Shown: positions 1 to 7,223 of the stretch, one piece after another | How positions within the stretch are numbered: the first letter of the stretch is position 1 | How the letters are laid out: each line of letters starts with the position of its first letter | Assembly: GCA_965209155.1 (NCBI GenBank) | Contig: OZ242383.1 | Coordinates: forward strand, 1,344,001-1,408,000 | DNA from: a bacterium | GTDB taxonomy: Bacteria > SAR324 > NAC60-12 | Reading direction: 5' to 3' | Length of the DNA stretch: 64,000 bases | Notes under the pieces: model-generated | Told to the model about the DNA's origin: nothing | What the model saw: only the letters and a program-made list of their open reading frames with translations | The model's database searches: none | Translations under genes and position numbers: made by a program

Positions 1-161
1 CCTTCCCTTAGTTCTGAGTAACCTAAGCATTTAGACATTTTCAACTCCTGTTTGAAGGTCAATCATTCGAATACACTCCTACTTTCAAAATACTTAAAGC
101 ACATGTCCAGCTATTTCTCTCTGCCCCACACTTTTAATTACACCCATTTTACATCAGGGGA

Positions 162-189
162 TTGACATTGCATTTTATTGTGCTATAAT
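162..189 (+). promoter_or_regulatory. sigma70-type promoter upstream of ABC cassette 1
   Basis: TTGACA (162-167), 16 bp spacer, extended -10 TGcTATAAT (TATAAT 184-189). Confidence 0.75.
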
Positions 190-191
190 GG

Positions 192-335
192 TGCCTTCGT
201 TAAGTTGTGTAAATGAAAGAGAGGGTTTCCGATCGATTGAACAATATCGTGGGAGGACGTGAAAACGATTGATCTTCCCCGGGAATCTTTTTTAAATGAT
301 ATTGAACTAAACGGGTTTTTCAGAGACCTAAATAG
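192..335 (+). repeat. conserved non-coding element, homologous to 63653-63798 (minus strand)
   Basis: gccttcgttaagttg...aaagagagggtttccg...cgggaatcttttt...acgggtttttcagagacctaaatag aligns along its whole length with the reverse complement of 63653-63798. Confidence 0.85.
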
Positions 336-753
336 TGTCTGGCAGAAAATTACAATTTTACAATAGGAGATGTAGAACTCGCGAGAATAGCCATTCTTGA
401 ACAGGCCATATTTTAGAGAATTGAAGCTTTTTTTCTTTGAGATCCCCGTTTTTTTGTTAATCCTCTTTTTTTGGGCAAACCCCTCCCCTCTTATTATAGT
501 TTGAGATCCAACTCGATGGCGGCAATGTCGACTTCGCCAAACTTCATCTGGGGGTCACGTATGGTGCGCATAAAATTTCAAATCTTGAAGATTTATGGAA
601 AAACGAAAGAAACCACTCCGAAGATACTGTAACTGCAACGATTGACCCTTCATGCGAGGGGGCGCGCACTCGGGTTTTTTCAAATCTTCGCGTCACAAAT
701 ATCAGTTTATCATCTTGATATAATTAATGAAAGACTTTTTTCTGCCAAACACT
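333..753 (-). mobile_element. internally deleted IS (MITE-like), probably ISNCY-derived
   Basis: Terminal inverted repeats tagtgtctggcagaaaa (333-349) and ttttctgccaaacacta (737-753), 1 mismatch. ctaaatag occurs at both junctions (328-335, 752-759). Minus-strand peptide MRTIRDPQMKFGEVDIAAIELDLKL* (571-494) resembles an ISNCY transposase N-terminus. Confidence 0.7.
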
Positions 754-808
754 AAATAGTTACGAAGTAGTTATGAAATGAACATTATCTTTATCGAGCA
801 AGGTTCCT

Positions 809-2824
809 ATGTATCTTAAGAAATTTCTGGCCCGATTTGTTGGGCTGACCGTGGCAGGCGTCGTGTTTGCTGCGAAAATCCGATTCGCCCTGAGAAGGGT
901 GAATCATTCCAAAAACCCTCAAATAAAAGAGGTAAATATGGGTTTTATAAAGAAAATTGTTGCCTCCATCGCGAGGCTGAACCCGGCAGGCTCTTTGTCT
1001 GCTATACAAAAACTTGTCCTCGTAAACTTGTCCCCGCGAAAGCGGGGAGCGGGGATGCAATCCTTGTTGCTCACCCTCATCCTGATGGTGGCCGCCTTTT
1101 GGGTCAGTCCGGCAGCCGCCCAGCAGTATGTGACGGACCCCGCCTCCGGCCTGACATGGACTGCGCCTCAGTATGGGGGAACATTCTCGTGGGCCCATAA
1201 GCAGTTTCCTAAGAGCACTGACCCGTATTCGGTTGGTGGCTGGGGGCCTCACTTCATCAGTGGCGTTAATGAGAAGCTAGCCTTCGGCGACTGGGCAGTA
1301 GACAGGAAAAAGGTGGTTGAGCTAGCCTGGACTTATTCGGGCCCAGAGATGTACAGAGGGGCTCTGGCTGAAAGCTGGGAAATGCCTGACGCCACAACGT
1401 TCATCTTCCACATCCGCCAGGGCGTTCACTGGCATGATAAGGCGCCGATGAACGGTCGTCAGTTTGATGCCGATGATGTGGTATTTAACTGGCACCGTTA
1501 TTTAGGTCAGGGCGATTTCACCGAAGAGGGACCTTCTCCCTTAGGTTATATAACTCAGGGTCTAGAGGATTCATCGGTAACGGCTACCGACAAATGGACG
1601 GTCGAGTTTAAGCTGGCGAAGCCTAAACCCGATATGTTGTTTGCAATGACCCACAACGCTAATTACATATTAGCCCCCGAGGTAATCGAGAAATACGGAG
1701 ACTATGCGGATTGGCGAAACGTGGTCGGCACCGGGCCCTATCGACTGACTGATCACGTCGAGGGCAGCTCGGCAACCTGGGAGAAGAATCCCAACTACTG
1801 GGGCTACGACGAAAAATTCCCGGAGAACCGCCTGCCCTATATTGACGTGTTAAGGTCCCTCCTTATACCAGACATTTCAGCACGTCTGGCGGCACTGCGC
1901 ACGGGTAGGATTGATATGATAAGTAATACCGGCGACGCTCAAATAACCAATATCGACCATATAACCAGTCTCCAGAAGAGCAACCCTGAACTCGAGTTCT
2001 GGCCCATTTACCGTCCATTGGGAGGTGATGTTTTTAACCAGTCTCTGCCGCCCTTTGACGACGTCAATGTGCGCAAGGCACTGCAGATGTCACTGGACCA
2101 CGAGACAATTGCCGCTACCTTCCTTAAGGGTTGGGGAGAGGTAAGCCCTCATGGGTTTATAGCTCAATCTTCTACAGGGTTTAACTGGCCATATGCAGAC
2201 TGGCCCGACGAGATTAAGGCAGAATATACCTATAATCCGGAAAGGGCCGAGGAACTCCTTGATGCGGCTGGATACAAGCGCGGCGCCGACGGCTATAGAA
2301 TGACGGTCAAGTTTGGCCATCACGCGAGGCAAGAACCGGACTATTCAGAAATCATATTGGCGTACTTCGACGCCATTGGCGTTAAAAGCGAGATGGTTAT
2401 GATTACTGACCCTGAGTTGCTACCATTCATCCAGGCGGACACGCACGAGTTCGTGACAAGTAATTGGGCGGGATATCCGCTAGCTGTCCCCGGCACGTAT
2501 GTATATTTGATAACACGTGGCCGTGGCGACAAGTATGGTGATAGTAGCTGGAGCAAAGCGATGGACCCGGAAATGGACGCCCTGATGGCCGGCATGGCGG
2601 ATGCTACCGAAGTGGAGGAGTGGATGAGCTATCATCGACAGATCGATGAGAAAACTGTGAGGGAGCACTGGGGCCTGGCTAGAGCCCAAGCCCCTAGTTT
2701 TAGCGTGACCCAGCCGTGGGTCGAGGGTTATGCCGGTGAATGGAGTCTGGGATACTCTGAACGTAATACCCACTTTGCCCGCATCTGGATTGACCAGGAG
2801 TTGAAGAAATCAATGGGGCATTAG
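809..2824 (+). CDS. ABC transporter substrate-binding protein, family 5 (DppA/OppA-like), copy 1; alternative starts 938 and 1055
   Basis: Signal peptide ending SPAAA-QQ; PQYGG, LAESW, IRQGVHWHD, VGTGPY, RLAALRTG, VRKAL and YNPERAEELLDAAG motifs. Confidence 0.93.
   Translation: MYLKKFLARFVGLTVAGVVFAAKIRFALRRVNHSKNPQIKEVNMGFIKKIVASIARLNPAGSLSAIQKLVLVNLSPRKRGAGMQSLLLTLILMVAAFWVSPAAAQQYVTDPASGLTWTAPQYGGTFSWAHKQFPKSTDPYSVGGWGPHFISGVNEKLAFGDWAVDRKKVVELAWTYSGPEMYRGALAESWEMPDATTFIFHIRQGVHWHDKAPMNGRQFDADDVVFNWHRYLGQGDFTEEGPSPLGYITQGLEDSSVTATDKWTVEFKLAKPKPDMLFAMTHNANYILAPEVIEKYGDYADWRNVVGTGPYRLTDHVEGSSATWEKNPNYWGYDEKFPENRLPYIDVLRSLLIPDISARLAALRTGRIDMISNTGDAQITNIDHITSLQKSNPELEFWPIYRPLGGDVFNQSLPPFDDVNVRKALQMSLDHETIAATFLKGWGEVSPHGFIAQSSTGFNWPYADWPDEIKAEYTYNPERAEELLDAAGYKRGADGYRMTVKFGHHARQEPDYSEIILAYFDAIGVKSEMVMITDPELLPFIQADTHEFVTSNWAGYPLAVPGTYVYLITRGRGDKYGDSSWSKAMDPEMDALMAGMADATEVEEWMSYHRQIDEKTVREHWGLARAQAPSFSVTQPWVEGYAGEWSLGYSERNTHFARIWIDQELKKSMGH
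1031..1048. repeat. REP-like GNRA hairpin within the 5' part of the ORF
   Basis: tccccgc-gaaa-gcgggga, immediately before ATG 1055. Confidence 0.6.
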
Positions 2825-2837
2825 AGCTTGATGGATA

Positions 2838-3046
2838 TCCCCCTTGGAAAAAGGGTCGTCCGCGTGATCCGCATTCGGGAAGGGGGGATTTTACAGCCTT
2901 TGAAATCCCCCGTGGCCTCCCTTTGCGAAAGGGGCCGTCCGCGTGATCCGCATTCGGGAAGCGGGGATTTTACAGCCTTTGAAATCCCCCGTGGCCTCCC
3001 TTTGCGAAAGGGGCCGTCCGTGTGATCCGCATTCGGGAAGCGGGAA
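2838..3046. repeat. 79-bp tandem repeat (about 2.5 units) of composite REP-like hairpins between SBP and permease
   Basis: cg(c/t)gtgatccgcattcgggaag starts at 2861, 2940 and 3019; units contain ggggattt...aaatcccc and cccttt-gcg-aaaggg hairpins. Confidence 0.9.
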
Positions 3047-3090
3047 CATACGAGAATAGGGCTAAACTTGCGACTGATAAGGAGTGTGAG

Positions 3091-4101
3091 ATGAGAGCCT
3101 ATCTCATCAGGCGGTTATTGCTGATCATCCCCACCCTCTTTCTATTGACCATCATCGTCTTTCTCTCGGTGCGCTTCATCCCGGGCGATGTCATAGACGT
3201 ATTGATGGTTGAGATGTCAGCATGGCATGCCGTGGGTGAGGATATAAACCGCGAAACGCTTGAGCGTATGCTGGGACTGGACGTGCCGGTCTACGTGCAG
3301 TATGGACGCTGGATAGGAGTGTTGCCGACCCCTGACTGGAATACCGGTGAGTCCCACTTTAAAGGTCTCCTCCAGGGCACCCTTGGCAAACCACTGATTG
3401 GCGGTTTTTCTACGATAGACGAGATGATAATAGGTAGATTGCCAATAACCATTGAGCTTGGTTTCCTGGCGATCGTCATCGGGTTCTTGATAGCCCTGCC
3501 CGTCGGCATCTACTCGGCGATTCGCCGCAATACCGCCACCGACTACGTGGGACGCACCCTCGCCATCATCGGCCTGGCTACGCCGAACTTCTGGCTGGGC
3601 GTGATGGTGATGCTCTACCCGGCCCTCTGGTGGGGCTGGTCGCCCCCGATGGAGTATATCCTTTTTGTCGAAGACCCGCTGGGGAATCTCGGAATGCTCC
3701 TCATTCCCAGCCTGATTCTGGGGACGGCCATGTCTGCCGCCACCATGCGGATGACGCGCACGATGATGCTGGAGGTCTTAAGGCAGGACTATATCCGCAC
3801 CGCTTGGTCCAAGGGGCTCAAGGAGCGGGTGGTTGTCGTGAGACACACCATCAAAAATGCCCTCATCCCGGTCGTCTCTCTGATCGGCCTGCAGTTGCCG
3901 ATCCTGGTCGGAGGCGCCGTGATCATGGAGACCATCTTTAACCTGCCGGGGCTCGGGCGTCTCTTGGTGGATGCCCTCGAAAGCAGAGACTATCCGGTAG
4001 TCTCCGCAATAAACCTGATTTTTGCTTCTGCGGTTTTGGGGATCAATCTCATCATCGACCTGCTTTATGCTTTCCTGGACCCGAGGGTGCGGTATGAATG
4101 A
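3091..4101 (+). CDS. ABC transporter permease (DppB/OppB-like), copy 1
   Basis: MRAYLIRRLL start after aaggag; RFIPGD, LGLD-P, QDYIRTAWSKGL, NALIP, RDYP, LDPRVRY. Confidence 0.95.
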   Translation: MRAYLIRRLLLIIPTLFLLTIIVFLSVRFIPGDVIDVLMVEMSAWHAVGEDINRETLERMLGLDVPVYVQYGRWIGVLPTPDWNTGESHFKGLLQGTLGKPLIGGFSTIDEMIIGRLPITIELGFLAIVIGFLIALPVGIYSAIRRNTATDYVGRTLAIIGLATPNFWLGVMVMLYPALWWGWSPPMEYILFVEDPLGNLGMLLIPSLILGTAMSAATMRMTRTMMLEVLRQDYIRTAWSKGLKERVVVVRHTIKNALIPVVSLIGLQLPILVGGAVIMETIFNLPGLGRLLVDALESRDYPVVSAINLIFASAVLGINLIIDLLYAFLDPRVRYE

Positions 4102-5032
4102 ACCCAAGCGACGGGGCCGGCTGGCTGCATTCTTGATCAGGCTGCTCAAGGAGCAGCCCCTGGGGACGGCCTGCGGGATAATCGTCTTGCTCTTCATTTT
4201 GGTGGCGCTCTTTGCCGATGCGCTGGCGCCTTATCCCTATAAGGAAATGCACCTGAGAGACCGGATGACGAGCTCCTCCCTAGAGTATCTGCTGGGGACC
4301 GACCAGATGGGACGAGACTTACTCAGCCGCCTGATCATCGGCGCTCGTATTTCCATAGTGGTCGGTCTGGCGGCGACCGCTCTAAATGTTGTCGTCGCTG
4401 TGCTGATCGGCGGCATTTCGGGATTCCTTGGGGGTAAATTGGACTTGGCGGTGCAGCGCTTTGTCGATGCCTGGATGGCCTTTCCGTCCCTGCTGCTCCT
4501 GCTGACCATCATGTCTATCGTGGGGCGGGGTCTGCCGCAGATCATCGTGGTGCTGGGGGTAATAGGGGGCATCGGTGCCTCGAGAGTTGTCCGGGGTGCC
4601 GTGATCGGCATCAAAGAGAATGATTATTTTCTGGCAGCCCGGGCCGTGGGCACCCCCAAGAGCCAAATCCTGATCCGCCATGTCCTGCCCAATATCATGG
4701 CGCCGGTCATCATCATCTTCTCGATCAATATCGGGGCGGTCATCCTGTCTGAAGCGTCGCTGAGCTTTCTCGGATTCGGTCTGCCACCGGACGTTCCCAG
4801 CTGGGGAGGTCTGCTCAGCCGGGAAGGGCGCAAGTACATGGAACAGGCCCCCTGGCTGGCGCTCTGGCCGGGGCTTTTCCTGACAATTGTCGTCTACTCC
4901 TTCAATATGTTCGGCGATGCCATGCGGGACTTGCTCGATCCCCGGCTGCGGGGCGGTCAGGGCAGTTACGGCGCTGCAGGAAAACGCAAACGCGGCTTCC
5001 TCGCCAGACTGATCAACCCCTTCAAATGGTAA
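4094..5032 (+). CDS. ABC transporter permease (DppC/OppC-like), copy 1
   Basis: LLGTDQMGRD, GARIS, RHVLPN, LSFLGFG, PSWG, GDAMRDLLDPR; ATG overlaps the upstream stop. Confidence 0.95.
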   Translation: MNEPKRRGRLAAFLIRLLKEQPLGTACGIIVLLFILVALFADALAPYPYKEMHLRDRMTSSSLEYLLGTDQMGRDLLSRLIIGARISIVVGLAATALNVVVAVLIGGISGFLGGKLDLAVQRFVDAWMAFPSLLLLLTIMSIVGRGLPQIIVVLGVIGGIGASRVVRGAVIGIKENDYFLAARAVGTPKSQILIRHVLPNIMAPVIIIFSINIGAVILSEASLSFLGFGLPPDVPSWGGLLSREGRKYMEQAPWLALWPGLFLTIVVYSFNMFGDAMRDLLDPRLRGGQGSYGAAGKRKRGFLARLINPFKW

Positions 5033-5182
5033 ATTCGCAAAAAATTGGTATCACGCTCGTCCTCTCTTTCACACATATTTCAATTAAGCACCTTTTCTAA
5101 AATCATCTCTGTTTTATCATTTCGCATAGTGCCTAATTGAGTAAATTATGTTTGAAATCGAACGTTGAGCTCTCCCGTTTTT

Positions 5183-5569
5183 TTACGATAAAACTTTAAC
5201 AGGATATTGATGAATTTTGTAATCGACTGTCACGATCGTTAAATTCTGCGATAGCGCCTGACACATGATCATTCGATCAAAAGGATCACGGTGCAATGAT
5301 GGTAATGTCGGTAGTTGTGAAATGTCCTCTTCGGTAAGCATTGCACTTTTAATCAAATGCTTTTCTCGTTGTTCTGGAATGTATCTTTCAGGAGGCTGAG
5401 GTAAAGGAAGTTTACCAAGCTGATATTTGACAATGATCTCCCATAGAGAAACAACACTCAATGACACGTCATTTTCTTGTAGACGAATCTCTTTTTGAAA
5501 TCTTTCGGATAATCGTTCATCTCCACTGACAAACCAAAGGAATATATGAGTATCTAACAAAAGTTTCAT
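5183..5569 (-). CDS. vapC: PIN-domain toxin (VapC family)
   Basis: LLLDTHIFLW, SVVSLWEI, HRDPFDR, IVTVD. Confidence 0.93.
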   Translation of the reverse strand: MKLLLDTHIFLWFVSGDERLSERFQKEIRLQENDVSLSVVSLWEIIVKYQLGKLPLPQPPERYIPEQREKHLIKSAMLTEEDISQLPTLPSLHRDPFDRMIMCQALSQNLTIVTVDYKIHQYPVKVLS

Positions 5570-5805
5570 TTTCCCTCGAATTGTTGCATGACCTCCTCTG
5601 GCAAGGAGGCATCGAAATCGTCAGGAACAGAGAATTCCCCTTTACAGAGTCCTATCGGTCGTAATTCCATGCTTTTTTCTGAGAGTGGTATAATTTCTGC
5701 CATAGGCTTATTCGCTTTTAGGATAACAATTTTTTCTCCAGCTTCGACTCTTTGAAGCCAGCGAAGTATATCCCGTTTAATTTCTTCGATACGGACTGTT
5801 GTCAT
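5566..5805 (-). CDS. Phd/YefM-family antitoxin
   Basis: 79 aa; RVEAGEKIVILKANKPMAEIIP...PDDFDASLPEE; 4-bp overlap with vapC. Confidence 0.88.
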   Translation of the reverse strand: MTTVRIEEIKRDILRWLQRVEAGEKIVILKANKPMAEIIPLSEKSMELRPIGLCKGEFSVPDDFDASLPEEVMQQFEGK

Positions 5806-5825
5806 ATTGCTCTCCTTTTATTTTT

Positions 5826-6325
5826 CTAAAAGGTCTCGGAATACCGCCATTTTTCCAATTCCAAAACATGGACTGAGCAATGCTCCGATAATCGTTTTTG
5901 CTTCTCTTGATCCACCAGTTGGAAGTGATGATGACATGCCGGACTCTCGGGAATCAGGTTTTCAGTCAACATCCAAATGGAGATCACCGGACGTAATTCT
6001 GAGAATGGCTCCCCGCTTTGTAACTGGGACTGATAGATATCACTCCACGTATAGAGCATCCTCTCCGGAAAATAGGAAAAAACCGCCAATTGAATTTCTA
6101 TCTGATAGGCCGTCCCTTTTTCATCTTTGGCTTTCACATCGACAATCGTCAACTTGTCCGAATAAAACTCGCGTTCATTGTAGGGGTTGAGGATTTAGAC
6201 ATCCGAGATGGGAAACTGGGGTGCCAGGACAGCATGAGGAAATCAATCAGTAAGTTCTCATTTTTCTCTGCCCCCAAAATGGCCTTGTAGACACAATCGA
6301 CTGTCGGAGAAATGCGATGTTTCAC
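5826..6325 (-). pseudogene. Rpn-family (PD-(D/E)XK nuclease/putative transposase) gene, frameshifted and C-terminally truncated
   Basis: ISPTVDCVYKAILGAEKNENLLIDFL in one frame continues in another as IVDVKAKDEKGTAYQIEIQ...RMLYTWSDIYQSQL...LRPVISIW...HVLELEK. Confidence 0.8.
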
Positions 6326-6480
6326 CAGGATACTCCTCAAAGAAGGGAGCAGGAAAGCCCTTGTTTTCAATCAGTATATCAAAGCGTTTGGGCATGACAA
6401 GCCTCAATATCCTCTACCTTCAAAATAGAGAGGATAATGAAGGGGATAATGAAATCTACCGGGATATTGCCATCATCGTT

Positions 6481-6612
6481 CTTTTGTGATAGATTTCAAC
6501 GAAATCGCCTTGGGCTGAAGGTTTTTAAGAATGGTTGCTTGTTTTTCTATTTCTTTTTTGATAATTTTCTAAGAAATTGCCTAGGGCGGAAGGTTTTATT
6601 TCAATGTCGCTC
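6481..6612. repeat. two tandem ~72-bp units of a dispersed repeat (third copy near 11485-11545)
   Basis: gaaatcgccttgggctgaaggtttt (6501), gaaattgcctagggcggaaggtttt (6573), gaaatcgctttgggctgcaggtttt (11507). Confidence 0.65.
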
Positions 6613-7011
6613 CTGTTTATTGAACCGGAAGTCATCTAAAACCTCATATCCTCACCAGAGGATTTTTGAAACGGTCAACGGGGAATTGAACATTGCCAAA
6701 CAAAAATGTTGACTTCCGGATCTCAATATGAAAAAAAATTTTCGTTGATCATCAGAAGACACTCATGAACGAGTTGACCTATTCAAAAAAACCTTGACCA
6801 TCATTTGCAGAGCGATTATATAGTATTTAATTCCAGGGATGGAAGGGCAATAACGCGATCCTTCGCTTTGCTGCTCGGCAAACCGTCAGGATGACATGAA
6901 AATCTGAGATTAACCCGTTTCAAGTATAAAAAAATCTTGATAATGAGGTGGTTATGAGAGTAAACTTAAAAGCCAGCTCCCATAAAATAAGTTCCGAGCA
7001 CCTAGCTCCTG

Positions 7012-7186
7012 GTTCCCAATCCCAAGTTCTACCCCCTTATATTATCTCGACATCAGGGAGAGATCCTTAAGATTCCTTGTTCCAAGTTCCACGTTCCGGG
7101 AACGGAATGGCAATGGGGAATTTGGAAAATCATCGACGCCTGAGTGCGTCGGTTTATGGTTCATTGCCCCATCCTGGAGCCAATGA
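7012..7186 (+). promoter_or_regulatory. conserved leader upstream of SBP copy 2; candidate structured cis-regulatory RNA
   Basis: Homologous to 14594-14764; pairings tcagg/cctga, gatt/aatc, ttccaagttcc/ggaatttggaa. Confidence 0.55.
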
Positions 7187-7223
7187 ATCGTTTTTTTGAT
7201 CACACCAAAATGAAGGAGACCCC

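Noticed and set aside
2828..3025. 65-aa ORF between SBP1 and permease
   Set aside because: Translation of the tandem REP repeat
2838..3046. CRISPR array
   Set aside because: The sequences between the repeated motifs are identical, not unique spacers, and no cas genes are present
5157..5180. attC half-site after vapC (gagagctcaacGTTcgat on the minus strand)
   Set aside because: Only one arm; no complementary arm or R'' box found
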